A stretch of DNA of 64,000 nt, from positions 200,838 through 264,837 of the forward strand of contig JAWLHQ010000006.1 of the NCBI GenBank assembly GCA_041690215.1. The letters run 5' to 3'. The notes below the pieces were generated by a model that had not been told where the DNA came from, made no database searches, and worked only from the letters and a program-made list of their open reading frames with translations. Source of the DNA: Rhodothermales bacterium (GTDB lineage: Bacteria > Bacteroidota > Rhodothermia > Rhodothermales > DASSAV01). The position numbers and the translations under genes were made by a program. How positions within the stretch are numbered: position 1 is the first letter of the stretch; every line of letters begins with the position of its first letter. Positions 30,352 to 42,329 of the stretch are shown piece after piece.

Positions 30352-31965
30352 ATGACAGACCGCGTAGTCATATTCGATACCACGTTGCGAGACGGCGAGC
30401 AGGCTCCGGGCGCCTCGATGACGGTACCCGAAAAAGTTGAGATTGCACGCATGCTCGGCCAACTCGGCGTGGACGTCATCGAGGCAGGCTTTCCGATCTC
30501 ATCGCCCGTGCAGGTAGAGGCAGTCAAACGGATCACGGGTGAGGTGGAAGGCCCGGTCATCTGTGCTCTCGCTCGCGCTACGGCAAATGACATTAAGGCC
30601 GCCGCCGACGCACTTTCGGGCGGGGCAAGGACACGTATCCACACTTTTATCGCTACCAGCGATATCCACCTCGACGGGAAGTTCAGCGACCCGCGTTATG
30701 GTCGGACGCTTCAGGAGAAGCGCAAGACGATTCTCAAGATGGCCGTCGATGCTGTCGCCTACGCGCGTACGTTCACGGACGACGTCGAGTTTAGCGCAGA
30801 AGACGCAAGCCGTACCGACCATGCTTATCTGTGCGAGGTCGTAAGTGCTGCCATGGAAGCCGGGGCAACAACAATCAATATTCCCGACACCACGGGATAT
30901 TGTACCCCGGAAGAGTATGCGCAACTCATCCGCACCGTCCATGAGAAGTGCTTGCAGGGACGCAATGTGATTCTTTCGGTGCACTGCCATGACGACCTGG
31001 GCCTTGCAACAGCTAATTCGCTTGCAGGCGTACTTGCCGGAGCGCGCCAGATCGAGTGTACGATCAACGGCATCGGCGAGCGTGCAGGCAACGCAGCGCT
31101 CGAAGAGGTTGTGATGGCGCTCCGGGTACGGAAGGATCGCTTTGGCGGCATCGACACGGGCATCAATGCACGGCAGCTTACGGCAGTGAGTAAGCTGGTC
31201 AGCACGTACTCGAGCTTCCCCGTTCAGCCCAACAAAGCCATCGTTGGCAGGAATGCGTTCCGTCACGAGTCCGGTATCCACCAGGACGGGGTGCTCAAAC
31301 GGGCGGATACATACGAGATCATGCGCCCGGAGGATGTCGGGCAGGATGGAGAAAACATCCGGCTGGGGCGACATTCGGGACGACACGGATTGTTCAGTCG
31401 CCTCGAGAAGCTCGGATACACGGTTTCAGAGAAGGAGGCAGATGAGGTATACCGGCGGTTTGTCGAGATGGCCGACCGGAAGAAAGAGATCTATGACGAG
31501 GATCTGATGCACCTCGTCGGGATGGTAAATCTCTCGGATCCGGGACAGCACTACACGCTGGAAAGCATGGAAGTGGTGGTCAACACCGCGAACAGGCCAC
31601 AGGCTACCGTTTGCATTCGTCTTGGGAAGAGTGAAGAAGTGCAGTGTGAGACGGCTACAGGCGACGGGCCTGTCGATGCAATCTACCGTGCCATTGAGCA
31701 TGCCGTCGGGAGTCCGTACGAGCTGAAGAGCTATACGATCCGATCCGTGACAGAGGGACAGGACGCCCTTGGTGAGGTTACTGTCAGGATAGCATTCGCC
31801 GGACGGTTCTTTAGCGGACGTAGCACGAGCACGGATATCCTCCGCGCATCGGCGGAAGCATACATTGACGCGCTGAACCATATCGAGACGCACCGTACGA
31901 GCGACGAGTATGTGATCGGTGCGATTGTGGATTCCTACCGGTACGGACCGGAGAATGGATGGTGA
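30352..31965 (+). CDS. leuA: 2-isopropylmalate synthase
   Basis: 537 aa. [14 protein letters not shown] and [13 protein letters not shown]. The C-terminal LeuA-dimer/regulatory region is present. Confidence 0.95.
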   Translation: MTDRVVIFDTTLRDGEQAPGASMTVPEKVEIARMLGQLGVDVIEAGFPISSPVQVEAVKRITGEVEGPVICALARATANDIKAAADALSGGARTRIHTFIATSDIHLDGKFSDPRYGRTLQEKRKTILKMAVDAVAYARTFTDDVEFSAEDASRTDHAYLCEVVSAAMEAGATTINIPDTTGYCTPEEYAQLIRTVHEKCLQGRNVILSVHCHDDLGLATANSLAGVLAGARQIECTINGIGERAGNAALEEVVMALRVRKDRFGGIDTGINARQLTAVSKLVSTYSSFPVQPNKAIVGRNAFRHESGIHQDGVLKRADTYEIMRPEDVGQDGENIRLGRHSGRHGLFSRLEKLGYTVSEKEADEVYRRFVEMADRKKEIYDEDLMHLVGMVNLSDPGQHYTLESMEVVVNTANRPQATVCIRLGKSEEVQCETATGDGPVDAIYRAIEHAVGSPYELKSYTIRSVTEGQDALGEVTVRIAFAGRFFSGRSTSTDILRASAEAYIDALNHIETHRTSDEYVIGAIVDSYRYGPENGW

Positions 31966-32132
31966 GGGGAGGGGCAGAAAGGATAATTCGTATAGGAGAA
32001 AGAGGGTATGGGAGTAGAGATCTTCATGTCGGATAGGTAGCGGGGTATTCCATGCGGCTTTCCAGGTGTTGTTGCCTGGACTACGCTCCTATCGAGGCCC
32101 CATTTCTCCATGCAAATACAACGGCTATAGCC

Positions 32133-33425
32133 ATGACGCTCACAGAAAAAATACTTGCGAATCACGCGGGCCGGGCGCGAGTCTCGCCCGGAGAAAACAT
32201 ATGGATCACCGTGGACATCCTGATGACGCACGACGTCTGCGGGCCGCCAGCCATCGGGATCTTTAAGCGTGAATTCGGCGAAAACGCGAAGGTGTGGGAC
32301 CGGGAGCGGGTTGTGATCATTCCTGACCACTACATCTTCACGGCTGACCCGCATGCCAACCGAAACGTCCAGATTCTCCGGCAGTTTGCCGCCGAGCAGG
32401 ACCTGCCCTATTTCTACGACGTCGGGACGGACCGGTACAAGGGTGTCTGTCACATGGCGCTGGCAGAGGAAGGGTTCAACCTGCCCGGCTCGGTGCTCTT
32501 CGGTACGGACAGCCATACCTGTACATCTGGCGCATTCGGGCTCTTCTCGACTGGTGTCGGCAACACGGATGCAGCCTTCATCATGGGCACCGGAAAGCTC
32601 TGGGTGAGAGTGCCTGAAACGATGCGGTTCGTTTTCGAGGGCAACCTGCCACCGTACCTCATGGCGAAGGATCTAATCCTCGCTGTGATCGGAGATATCG
32701 GAGTAGACGGCGCCACATATCGTGCCATGGAGTTCGATGGTGAGGCGGTATACGATCTCCCGATACACGAGCGGATGACGCTCACGAACATGGCCATCGA
32801 GGCGGGCGGCAAGAACGGTATCATCGCTCCGGACGAGAAGACGTTTGAATACGTCCGCGCCCGTACGGATCGCCCGTTCGAACCTGTTTACCGGGATGAA
32901 GATGCTCGCTACTTTGGTGAGTGGCGGTACGATGTGTCCACGATGGATCCCATTGTTGCGAAGCCGCACAGCCCGGATAACAAGGCCGCCGTGCGGGAGG
33001 TCGTCGGGACGAAGCTGGATCGCGCGTACATCGGAAGCTGCACGGGTGGCAAGCTCGAAGATTTCGAAGCGGCGGCACGCATCATCAAGGGTGAGGAAGT
33101 CCGTATCGATACCTACATCGTGCCTGCAACCACGGAAGTCGCTCAGGGCCTACACACGACCCAGATCGATGGGCAGTCGCTCTACGACATTTTCATCAGT
33201 GCCGGGTGCAAGGTGGGGCAGTCGAGTTGTGCAGCGTGCCTGGGTGGTCCCGTCGATACGTTTGGACGGACGCACGGGGACGAGGTAGTCATTTCCACGA
33301 CTAACCGCAACTTCCCCGGTCGCATGGGGTCGAAGCAATCCTCTGTCTATCTGGCCTCGGCGCTCACGGTAGCTGCCTCGGCCGTGACGGGTGTGATTAC
33401 CGACCCGCGCGAAGTATTGGTCTGA
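32133..33425 (+). CDS. leuC: 3-isopropylmalate dehydratase large subunit (short, type-2/archaeal-like form)
   Basis: The track ORF starts at 32052. The ATG at 32133 gives MTLTEKILANHAG and about 430 aa. GTDSHT and aconitase-type cluster cysteines (GSCTGGK, SCAACLG). Confidence 0.9.
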   Translation: MTLTEKILANHAGRARVSPGENIWITVDILMTHDVCGPPAIGIFKREFGENAKVWDRERVVIIPDHYIFTADPHANRNVQILRQFAAEQDLPYFYDVGTDRYKGVCHMALAEEGFNLPGSVLFGTDSHTCTSGAFGLFSTGVGNTDAAFIMGTGKLWVRVPETMRFVFEGNLPPYLMAKDLILAVIGDIGVDGATYRAMEFDGEAVYDLPIHERMTLTNMAIEAGGKNGIIAPDEKTFEYVRARTDRPFEPVYRDEDARYFGEWRYDVSTMDPIVAKPHSPDNKAAVREVVGTKLDRAYIGSCTGGKLEDFEAAARIIKGEEVRIDTYIVPATTEVAQGLHTTQIDGQSLYDIFISAGCKVGQSSCAACLGGPVDTFGRTHGDEVVISTTNRNFPGRMGSKQSSVYLASALTVAASAVTGVITDPREVLV

Positions 33426-33539
33426 GTTTGTCGTTGCCGGTTGCTGCCAGCCGGGATGAAAGGATATCTCGATTCCTTTCAGATTCTGGTTGACAGCAAC
33501 TGGTGGCGAGCAATGCATAACAAAAACGGATAACGAATC

Positions 33540-34103
33540 ATGAAACCGATCATCCGTGGTCTTGCCTATGTGGCGGGCGATGACATCGACACGGACCAGA
33601 TCATACCGGCCCAGCACCTGGTGTACAGCCTGACGGTGCCGGAAGAACGGCGACTTTACGGCCGTTACGCCATGAGCGGCGTGCCTGTCGGGCAGCAGGG
33701 GCTGCCATTCGGGGACAAGCCATTTACTGAACCGGACGCTTACCGCAGTGCCTATACGATCATCGTAGGCGGGAAAAACTTCGGGTGTGGCTCCTCGCGT
33801 GAGCATGCGCCGTTCGCTTTGCAAGAGGCAGGGTGCGAGGCAGTCATTGCAGAGAGCTTCGCTCGGATTTTCTATCGTAACGCAGTGGATGGTGGCTTCG
33901 TGGCACCCTTCGAGTGCATGGAGCGGCTTATCGATAAGATCCGAACCGGCGATGAACTGGAACTGGATACAACGAGCGGCACGCTTACGAACGTCACCAC
34001 AAAGGAGACATTCCTGCTCCACCCACTCGGAGATGTGGCCGACATCCTGAAGGCAGGCAACGTTTTTGAATATGCTCGCCAGGCTGGCATGATAGCCCGG
34101 TAG
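33540..34103 (+). CDS. leuD: 3-isopropylmalate dehydratase small subunit
   Basis: 187 aa. [13 protein letters not shown] swivel-domain motif. Confidence 0.9.
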   Translation: MKPIIRGLAYVAGDDIDTDQIIPAQHLVYSLTVPEERRLYGRYAMSGVPVGQQGLPFGDKPFTEPDAYRSAYTIIVGGKNFGCGSSREHAPFALQEAGCEAVIAESFARIFYRNAVDGGFVAPFECMERLIDKIRTGDELELDTTSGTLTNVTTKETFLLHPLGDVADILKAGNVFEYARQAGMIAR

Positions 34104-34198
34104 AGTAGTGCACATTTTAGCGTATTCAGGTACAGGTGCCTGCTGTACCCCTGACCCCTGGATACCTGAGAACATCTTTAATTAATCCCGAACCCACC

Positions 34199-35839
34199 AT
34201 GCAGCCGTCTCAGATTGAGATCTTTGATACGACGCTACGCGATGGCACGCAGGGCGAGTATGTTACGCTGACTGCGGAGGACAAGGTGCGCATTGCGAAA
34301 CGCCTTGACCGGTTCGGGATTCATATTATTGAAGGCGGTTGGCCTGGCTCGAACCCGAAGGATCAGGAGTTCTTCCTCCGCGCAAAGGATGAGGAGTGGG
34401 AGCACGCGCGAATCTGCGCGTTTGGTTCTACACGGCGGACGGGGCTTACCCCGGAAGATGATCCCAACCTGAAGGCGATGCTGGCGGCGGATACGCCTGT
34501 AGTATCCCTCTTTGGGAAAAGCTGGACGCTTCACGCCCAGGTCGCATTAGGGGTGTCCCTTGAAGAGAACCTGAGCCTCATCTCGTCCTCTGTGGCCTTT
34601 TTGAAGGCACACGGTCGACACGTCATCTACGACGCCGAGCATTTCTTCGACGGATACCTGGCGGACGCGGACTATGCACTTGAAACGCTCCGTGCCGCGG
34701 CTGAGGCCGGAGCGGATGTGCTCACGCTGTGCGATACCAATGGAGGCACCTTGCCTCACCAGATCTATGACATTGTTCAGGAGGTCTGTCGCCACTTCGA
34801 GGTGACGATAGGTATCCACGCACATAACGATGCTGCCTGCGCTGCCGCGAATACGCTGATGGCCGTACAGGCCGGCGCCCGGCATATTCAGGGGACCATC
34901 AACGGGATTGGAGAGCGCTGCGGGAATGTGGATTTGTGCTCCGTTATTCCCAGTCTTCAGCTAAAGCTGGGATATCAATGCGTGGGTGAAGAGCAGCTTG
35001 AAACGCTGACCTCGCTATCACAATTCGTGAACGAGGTGGCGAATCTCAATCCCGTAGATCGTTCTCCATACGTTGGGCGTAGCGCCTTTGCCCACAAAGG
35101 AGGTATTCACGTCTCTGCCGTGATGAAGAGTGCGGAGACGTACGAACACATCTCTCCTGAACGGGTTGGCAACCGCCGTAGGGTGCTGGTCTCTGACCTT
35201 TCTGGCCAGAGCAACGTGCGGTACAAAGCCGAAGAGTTAGGAATTAGCCTGACCGACCGGCAGGATGCCCGCAAAGTAGCGGACCGGATCAAAGAACTAG
35301 AACATCTGGGCTACGAGTTCGAGGGGGCTGAAGCCAGTTTCGAACTGCTACTGCGTGGGATGCAGGGCGAACAGGCACAGTTCTTCTCCCTGGAGCGTCT
35401 GCGTGTACGTACGGAGATGGACGCGGAAGGCGACGAGCACTCCGAGGCTACACTCGTTCTGCGGGTAGACGAATCCCGTGAACTGGTTGCCGCAGAAGGG
35501 GCAGGTCCGGTAGATGCCCTTTCCCGTGCACTACGCAAGGCTTTGATCGGGTTTTACCCTGACCTTGCAGATGTACGGCTCACGGACTACAAAGTACGCG
35601 TGCTGAATCCCGGAGCCGGTACAGCGGCCCAGGTACGCGTGCTCATTCAGCATAGCGATGGACACAGAAGCTGGAACACGGTCGGCGTGTCCGACAATAT
35701 CCTGCAAGCAAGCTGGCAGGCGCTGGCAGACGGGATACGATATCACTTGCTTCATACACTCCCTGTAAAGAGCGAGGATACGGCACTTTCCTCCTCTGGT
35801 GCGATGCCTCGATCTCAAGGATCGGCTGCTGTTGCATGA
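34199..35839 (+). CDS. cimA: citramalate synthase (LeuA paralogue)
   Basis: The track ORF starts at 34136. The ATG at 34199 gives [33 protein letters not shown] is present. The length and C-terminal domain resemble CimA-type (TIGR00977-like) enzymes. The assignment over a second LeuA rests on pattern recognition only. Confidence 0.8.
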   Translation: MQPSQIEIFDTTLRDGTQGEYVTLTAEDKVRIAKRLDRFGIHIIEGGWPGSNPKDQEFFLRAKDEEWEHARICAFGSTRRTGLTPEDDPNLKAMLAADTPVVSLFGKSWTLHAQVALGVSLEENLSLISSSVAFLKAHGRHVIYDAEHFFDGYLADADYALETLRAAAEAGADVLTLCDTNGGTLPHQIYDIVQEVCRHFEVTIGIHAHNDAACAAANTLMAVQAGARHIQGTINGIGERCGNVDLCSVIPSLQLKLGYQCVGEEQLETLTSLSQFVNEVANLNPVDRSPYVGRSAFAHKGGIHVSAVMKSAETYEHISPERVGNRRRVLVSDLSGQSNVRYKAEELGISLTDRQDARKVADRIKELEHLGYEFEGAEASFELLLRGMQGEQAQFFSLERLRVRTEMDAEGDEHSEATLVLRVDESRELVAAEGAGPVDALSRALRKALIGFYPDLADVRLTDYKVRVLNPGAGTAAQVRVLIQHSDGHRSWNTVGVSDNILQASWQALADGIRYHLLHTLPVKSEDTALSSSGAMPRSQGSAAVA

Positions 35840-36003
35840 CCCCATTCGGGGATATGCCACGTTCGGTCTGAAGTGGTCGCTGGGATTTTGTGTCAAGACC
35901 GTAGGCGGCTTGCAAACAGCCGTGGTGTCTACAGACGAATTCCGGCAGATCCTGAGATAACACCCCTCATCTCATTCAGAAGTGCATCGCAGGGAGGTGC
36001 TAT

Positions 36004-39000
36004 ATGTATAACGCAAGCTCGACCGACGGCCTATATGACTTATCACGCGAAAGTGATGCGTGCGGTGTCGGTTTCATCTGCAACATCCACGGCGAGAAGT
36101 CGCACGATATCATTCGCAAGGGTATCGAGATCCTCATTAACCTGGAACATCGCGGCGCATGTGGGTGCGATGCCAGGACGGGCGATGGAGCCGGTATTCT
36201 CATTCAGCTTCCCGACGCGTTTCTAAGGAACCGTGCAGAACAGCTTGGTTTTACGCTACCGCCGGCTGGCGAGTACGGAGCCGGCATGCTATTCATGCCG
36301 GCTGACCCGGCAGAGCGTGACGTTTGCGTAAGGATCATCAATGATTGCATTCGCGCAGAGGGCCTCGAACTGCTCGGCTGGCGTGAGGTGCCGACAGATG
36401 ATCAACATCTGGGACACGCAGCCAAGGAGATGGAGCCCTCCATCTGGCAGGTTTTCGTCGGACGTGGTGCGCTTACCGGTGACAACGACGCATTCGAGCG
36501 GAAGTTATTCGTACTTCGCAAGGTGATCGACAAAGCGATTGCCGGTACGGATCTATCCCAGAAGAGCTACTTTTACCAGTCCAGTTTTTCATCGCGTACC
36601 ATTGTGTACAAGGGCATGCTCACGACGGAGCAGTTGCCTGAGTATTACGCTGCGGACCTTGGAGATCCGCTCATGGCCAGCTCGCTGGCCATTATTCATT
36701 CGCGCTTCAGCACCAATACCTTCCCGATGTGGAAGCTGGCGCATCCCTTCCGTTTCCTTGCCCACAATGGTGAGATCAACACGCTGCGCGGGAATGTCAA
36801 CTGGATGAATGCCCGTCAGGCACTCTTCGAATCGCCGCTGTTCGGAGATGACATCAAAAAACTCCTGCCCATTCTAACGGAAGGCGATAGCGACTCGGCG
36901 ACGCTCGATAACGCACTCGAACTGCTGTACTTCACGGGCCGTTCGCTCCCGCACGCGATGATGATGCTTATTCCGGAAGCGTGGGAGCGCAACGAGGACA
37001 TGCAGGACCCGAAGAAGGCATTTTACGAGTACCATGCATGTCTCATGGAGCCCTGGGATGGCCCGGCGACGATTCCTTTTACCGATGGACGGTACATTGG
37101 CGCAGTGCTGGACCGCAACGGTCTACGTCCGTCACGGTATACCGTGACGCGGGATGGGCTCGTGATTCTGGCATCCGAAACGGGGGTGCTGGATCTCGAT
37201 CCTTCCGATATTGTCGAGAAGGGCCGCCTCCAGCCGGGCCGGATGTTCCTCATAGACCTGCACGAGAAGCGGATCATCAGTGACGAGGAGATCAAAGATC
37301 AGATCAGCCGTCGTCGCCCATATCGCCAGTGGCTCAATGATAATCTGCTTCAGCTTAAAGATTTACCGGAGGAGCAGGCGGAGGAGGCGTTTTCGGATGA
37401 GGAGCGTGCCACCCAGCAACGTCTCTTCGGCTATACGCTCGAAGACATGCGCCTGCTTCTTCCACCTATGGCCCTGGACGGCAAGGAAGCCCTGGGGTCA
37501 ATGGGGGACGATACCCCGATGGCGGTTCTTTCCGATAAGCCGCGGCTGCTGTACGACTACTTCCGCCAGCTTTTCGCTCAGGTAACCAATCCTCCGCTCG
37601 ATGCCATCCGGGAGGAACTGGTGACCTCGCTGTACAGCATCATCGGCGGCGAGGGGGATCTGTTCGAAGAGGGACCTGAGAACTGCCGCCAGCTTCGACT
37701 CGATGGGCCGATCCTTACGAACGAAGAACTGGCCCGTATTCGCTACAGCACGGTTCCGCAGCTCCGCGCGAAGACGCTGCCGATGCTTTTCGACGCGGAA
37801 CTGGGACCTCAAGGGCTGGAGATGGCTCTGCACGCACTCTGCGAAGCGGCGAGCGAAGCCATCGACGAGGGGCATACGATCCTGATCCTCTCAGATCGCG
37901 GGGCCGGGGTAGAGCAGGCACCCATTCCGGCGCTCCTCGCGACGGCGGCGGTTCATCATCACCTCATCCGGCTCGGGAAGCGGACCCGCTGTGGCCTCAT
38001 CATCGAAAGCGCCGAACCGCGTGAGGTCCATCACTTCGCGTGTTTGATCGGGTATGGCGCCAGCGCGGTAAACCCGTACCTCGCTCTTGAAACCATTCTT
38101 CAGATCGTACGCGAGGAGAAGGGGCAGGTTGACGCCTACACGACCTATAAGAACTACAAGAAGGCGCTCGAAGGCGGCATCCTCAAGGTGATGTCCAAGA
38201 TGGGGGTTTCCACCCTGTCAAGCTACCAGGGGGCTCAGATCTTTGAGGCAGTAGGCCTGAGCCGGTCGGTGATCGACCCATACTTTACGGGCACCCCGTC
38301 TCGCATTGGCGGGATCGGATTGGACGTGATCGCGCAGGAGGTCCTGGCGCGTCATGAGGAGGCCTATCCCGCTATCGATGTCAACTACAACCTCCATCTG
38401 GCGGTTGGTGGCCGGTATGCCTGGCGCCGCAATGGTGAGCACCACCTGTTCAATCCGCTCACCATTGCCAAGTTGCAGCAATCCGTACGCGATGCCGATC
38501 CGAAGACGTATAGTGAGTTTGCACAACTCATTAACGATCAGACTCGGAAGCTCGGTACGCTCCGAGGCATGCTGGATTTCAACGTCGATGCGTCGCAGTC
38601 CATACCGCTCGATGAGGTCGAGCCCTGGACGGAGATCGTAAAGCGGTTCAAGACGGGTGCGATGTCCTACGGCTCAATCAGCCGTGAGGCGCATGAGACA
38701 CTCGCCATCGCCATGAACAAGATCGGCGGACGCAGCAACACGGGCGAGGGTGGGGAGGACCCGGAGCGATACGATTTGTCCAGCCCGCTTCGCAGCCGGA
38801 TCAAGCAAGTGGCATCCGGACGGTTCGGTGTGACGATCGGCTACCTCGTCAGTGCCGACGAGATTCAGATCAAGATGGCTCAGGGTGCAAAGCCGGGCGA
38901 AGGCGGCCAGCTTCCGGGAGAGAAAGTATACCCCTGGATTGCCAGGACGCGGCACTCGACACCATACGTGGGATTGATTTCACCGCCGCCGCACCACGAC

Positions 39001-40557
39001 ATCTATTCCATCGAGGATCTGGCGCAACTCATACACGACCTGAAAAACTCCAATCCGAGCGCACGCATCAGCGTAAAGCTCGTGTCGGAGGTGGGTGTGG
39101 GTACGATAGCGGCCGGGGTCGCTAAGGGTAAGGCAGATGTCGTGCTCATCAGTGGGCACGACGGAGGTACGGGTGCCTCGCCGCAAACCTCCGTGATGCA
39201 CGCGGGCTTACCGTGGGAACTTGGCCTTGCGGAGACGCACCAGACACTCGTGCGTAACGGTCTTCGTAGCCGCATCAAGGTAGAGTGCGACGGACAGTTG
39301 AAGACAGGGCGTGACGTCGCTATTGCCGCGCTGCTTGGAGCCGATGAGTTCGGCTTTGCAACAGCTCCGCTCGTGGCAATGGGGTGCATCATGATGCGGA
39401 AATGTCACCTGAATACCTGTCCGGTTGGGATAGCCACACAGGATCCCGAACTGCGGAAGAAGTTCAGCGGGTCCCCGGAGCACGTCATCAACTATATGTA
39501 CTTCATCGCTGAAGAACTGCGGCAGATCATGGCCACGCTGGGCTTCCGCACGGTGGATGAGATGGTAGGCCGTGTGGACAAGCTGCAGGTTCGGTCTGAT
39601 ATCAAGCACTGGAAGGCAAAACATCTCGACCTCACTCCACTACTCCAGAAGGTCGAAGTGCCGGACTACCTCGCTGGCTTCAGTACGGACCGCCAGGATC
39701 ACGGGATCGAGAAAGCCCTGGATAACCGGTTGATCGAGCTTGCCAGACCTGCCCTTGAGTCGGGCAAGCGCACAGTACTGGATGTGGCTATCAGCAATAC
39801 CAACCGGACGACAGGTACGATGCTCAGCGCCGAAGTGGTACGTCGCTACGGTGAGTCGGGGCTTCCGGACGATACGCTCGTGCTGAACTGCAAAGGATCT
39901 GCCGGTCAGAGTTTCATGGCTTTCGGTGCCCCCGGCATGACAGTACGTGTTGAGGGTGACGCCAACGATTACTTCGGCAAAGGGCTCTCCGGCTCCAGGC
40001 TCATCCTGTACCCGCCCATGGATGCCGCCTATGATGCGGAGGAGAACATCATCGTCGGTAACGTGGCGATGTATGGCGCTACGAGCGGTGAAGTCTACAT
40101 CCGGGGACGCGCGGGTGAGCGTTTTTGCGTGCGTAACAGCGGTGTGCATGCTGTCGTCGAGGGCGTTGGAGATCACGGATGCGAGTATATGACGGGAGGC
40201 CGTGTCGTCGTGCTCGGCCCAACGGGTCGCAACTTTGGAGCAGGCATGAGCGGTGGCATCGCCTACGTGCTGGATCGATCCGGACAGTTTGCAGCGCGGC
40301 TCTGCAATACCGAGATGGTGGATCTCCTGGGTGTTTCCGAAGAAGAGGACGTGGATGAACTGCGTGGCCTTATCGAACGGCATCGTGATTATACCGGGAG
40401 TACGGTTGCACGGTGGGTGCTGGATCACTGGGACGTTGCTCGCAGCCTCTTCGTGAAGGTGTATCCACGGGAGTACCGGTTGGCATTGGAGCGGATTGCG
40501 TTCGAGCAGCAGCAAGAGGCGCAGCAACGCGGTCAGACCGAGTACGCAGCTGCCTGA
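36004..40557 (+). CDS. gltB: glutamate synthase large subunit
   Basis: 1517 aa. Ntn-amidotransferase Cys (SDACGVGFI), FMN/Fe-S central domain and a C-terminal GXGXG beta-helix domain. Confidence 0.95.
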   Translation: MYNASSTDGLYDLSRESDACGVGFICNIHGEKSHDIIRKGIEILINLEHRGACGCDARTGDGAGILIQLPDAFLRNRAEQLGFTLPPAGEYGAGMLFMPADPAERDVCVRIINDCIRAEGLELLGWREVPTDDQHLGHAAKEMEPSIWQVFVGRGALTGDNDAFERKLFVLRKVIDKAIAGTDLSQKSYFYQSSFSSRTIVYKGMLTTEQLPEYYAADLGDPLMASSLAIIHSRFSTNTFPMWKLAHPFRFLAHNGEINTLRGNVNWMNARQALFESPLFGDDIKKLLPILTEGDSDSATLDNALELLYFTGRSLPHAMMMLIPEAWERNEDMQDPKKAFYEYHACLMEPWDGPATIPFTDGRYIGAVLDRNGLRPSRYTVTRDGLVILASETGVLDLDPSDIVEKGRLQPGRMFLIDLHEKRIISDEEIKDQISRRRPYRQWLNDNLLQLKDLPEEQAEEAFSDEERATQQRLFGYTLEDMRLLLPPMALDGKEALGSMGDDTPMAVLSDKPRLLYDYFRQLFAQVTNPPLDAIREELVTSLYSIIGGEGDLFEEGPENCRQLRLDGPILTNEELARIRYSTVPQLRAKTLPMLFDAELGPQGLEMALHALCEAASEAIDEGHTILILSDRGAGVEQAPIPALLATAAVHHHLIRLGKRTRCGLIIESAEPREVHHFACLIGYGASAVNPYLALETILQIVREEKGQVDAYTTYKNYKKALEGGILKVMSKMGVSTLSSYQGAQIFEAVGLSRSVIDPYFTGTPSRIGGIGLDVIAQEVLARHEEAYPAIDVNYNLHLAVGGRYAWRRNGEHHLFNPLTIAKLQQSVRDADPKTYSEFAQLINDQTRKLGTLRGMLDFNVDASQSIPLDEVEPWTEIVKRFKTGAMSYGSISREAHETLAIAMNKIGGRSNTGEGGEDPERYDLSSPLRSRIKQVASGRFGVTIGYLVSADEIQIKMAQGAKPGEGGQLPGEKVYPWIARTRHSTPYVGLISPPPHHDIYSIEDLAQLIHDLKNSNPSARISVKLVSEVGVGTIAAGVAKGKADVVLISGHDGGTGASPQTSVMHAGLPWELGLAETHQTLVRNGLRSRIKVECDGQLKTGRDVAIAALLGADEFGFATAPLVAMGCIMMRKCHLNTCPVGIATQDPELRKKFSGSPEHVINYMYFIAEELRQIMATLGFRTVDEMVGRVDKLQVRSDIKHWKAKHLDLTPLLQKVEVPDYLAGFSTDRQDHGIEKALDNRLIELARPALESGKRTVLDVAISNTNRTTGTMLSAEVVRRYGESGLPDDTLVLNCKGSAGQSFMAFGAPGMTVRVEGDANDYFGKGLSGSRLILYPPMDAAYDAEENIIVGNVAMYGATSGEVYIRGRAGERFCVRNSGVHAVVEGVGDHGCEYMTGGRVVVLGPTGRNFGAGMSGGIAYVLDRSGQFAARLCNTEMVDLLGVSEEEDVDELRGLIERHRDYTGSTVARWVLDHWDVARSLFVKVYPREYRLALERIAFEQQQEAQQRGQTEYAAA

Positions 40558-40648
40558 GGATGTCCACGAATACGTGTTCCGAGTTCCGTGTTTATCGCTG
40601 CAGGGTCTTTTGAACACGCAACGCGCAGCACGAAACAACCTGTAAGAG

Positions 40649-42121
40649 ATGGGAAAGCCCACAGGATTTTTAGAGTATACGCGCGAATTACCAGAGAAGC
40701 GGCCCGTAGTAGAGCGCGTCAAAGACTACAGGCAGATTTACCGCCCGTTCAGCACCGAGAAACTGAAGCAGCAGGCTGCAAGATGCATGGATTGTGGCGT
40801 GCCATTCTGCCAGTCCGGCTGCCCACTGGGCAACATGATTCCGGACTGGAACGACCTCGTTTACCGGGGACGCTGGCGCCAGGCTTTCGAGCGGCTTCGT
40901 GCAACAAACAATTTTCCCGAATTCACGGGTCGTATTTGTCCGGCTCCCTGTGAATCGGCCTGTGTGCTGGGAGTGATCGATCCCCCTGTCACGATCGAGC
41001 AAATCGAGCAGGAGATCGCAGAATACGCATTCAAAGAGGGATGGGTAACGCCGCGTCCGCCGGCAAGACGGACGGGCAAGCGAGTGGCCATCATCGGGTC
41101 CGGACCTGCAGGTCTCGCCGCCGCGGATCAGTTGAACCAGGCAGGACATACGGTAACCGTGTTTGAGCGCGATGACCGGATTGGCGGATTGTTGCGTTAC
41201 GGGATTCCTGACTTCAAACTCGAGAAATGGGTCGTGGATCGTCGCCTGGACGTTATGCGCGAGGAAGGCGTGCAGTTCGAGACGGGTGTTCACGTAGGGC
41301 GGAACTATCCTGTCGAGGAGCTCAAGGCTTTTGATGCCGTGGTGCTCTGCGCCGGTTCTACGAAGCCGCGGGATCTGCCCGTACCCGGGCGCGAGCTTAC
41401 CGGAATTCATTTTGCCTGGGATTACCTCTGGCAGCAGAACAAGCGCGTAGCAGGCGATTCTCCTGATTCATTTGGTGTTCCGGAGATCTCGGCAGAGGGC
41501 AAGCACGTCATCGTGATCGGCGGCGGTGATACAGGCAGTGATTGTGTCGGTACGGCAAACCGGCAGGGAGCCAAATCGATTACTCAGTTCGAGTTGTTGC
41601 CGATGCCGCCGAAGCAGCGTCCGCCGCACCAGCCCTGGCCCTACATGCCGATGATCCTCACGACCACCACGTCGCATGAGGAGGGGGCGGATCGGCACTG
41701 GAGTATTTCTACACAGGCTTTCGAAGGGTTGAACGGGCAGGTTGAGAGGCTGATTACCGTCGATGTGGTGCCAAAGACAGGCGTGGATGGTCGTCCGGGC
41801 TTTGAGGAGGTGCCGGGCACGCGTAAGGAATGGCAGGCCGATCTCGTTCTGCTGGCGATGGGCTACACTGGGCCGGAGCCAGATGGGGTGATTGCGCAGC
41901 TGGGCGTCGAACTGGATGAGCGCGGAAACGTAAAAACCGGCACAGATTACATGAGCAGTGTGCCGGGCGTGTTCGCGGCAGGGGATATGAGGCGCGGTCA
42001 GTCGCTCGTCGTGTGGGCCATTTCGGAAGGACGTGAAGCGGCGCGTGCCGTGGATGCGTATCTCATGGGGGATTCCGAACTGCCCACCAAAGGTGAGGGA
42101 GATCTGCCTCGTTTACGTTAA
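40649..42121 (+). CDS. gltD: glutamate synthase small subunit
   Basis: 490 aa. CMDCGVPFCQSGCPLGN cluster motif and VAIIGSGPAGLAAA. Confidence 0.95.
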   Translation: MGKPTGFLEYTRELPEKRPVVERVKDYRQIYRPFSTEKLKQQAARCMDCGVPFCQSGCPLGNMIPDWNDLVYRGRWRQAFERLRATNNFPEFTGRICPAPCESACVLGVIDPPVTIEQIEQEIAEYAFKEGWVTPRPPARRTGKRVAIIGSGPAGLAAADQLNQAGHTVTVFERDDRIGGLLRYGIPDFKLEKWVVDRRLDVMREEGVQFETGVHVGRNYPVEELKAFDAVVLCAGSTKPRDLPVPGRELTGIHFAWDYLWQQNKRVAGDSPDSFGVPEISAEGKHVIVIGGGDTGSDCVGTANRQGAKSITQFELLPMPPKQRPPHQPWPYMPMILTTTTSHEEGADRHWSISTQAFEGLNGQVERLITVDVVPKTGVDGRPGFEEVPGTRKEWQADLVLLAMGYTGPEPDGVIAQLGVELDERGNVKTGTDYMSSVPGVFAAGDMRRGQSLVVWAISEGREAARAVDAYLMGDSELPTKGEGDLPRLR

Positions 42122-42203
42122 TTCTGTTTATCTTGTAAACAGAAGGCGTGTTGAGTCGATTCCTTGAGAGCGTAGCGTGTGGCCCGCGCTACGCTTTCAT
42201 ATT
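42122..42203 (+). terminator. tandem hairpins / probable terminator after gltD
   Basis: TTCTGTTTA (42122-42130) pairs with TAAACAGAA (42136-42144). AGCGTAGCG (42169-42177) pairs with CGCTACGCT (42187-42195), followed by TTCATATT. Confidence 0.55.
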
Positions 42204-42329
42204 AACAAGAACTTGTCCGGCAACACTGCGTCTTCGCGAGAACACGGTGTTCGTCGGGTTTGTCAGGTGCAGTCTCAAGCCTGCGGTTTTATTCCTGGCG
42301 GCCTTTGAGACAAGCCGCCGTGATTGAAG

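Noticed and set aside
39640-40722. 360-aa minus-strand ORF
   Set aside because: It is antisense to the gltB 3' end and the gltD 5' end and has no recognisable motif, so I treat it as a shadow ORF. The same reasoning applies to 25301-26344, 33150-34175, 6799-7620, 8164-8928, 8968-9759, 11237-12157, 58102-59199, 55115-55927, 30499-31386 and similar antisense ORFs.
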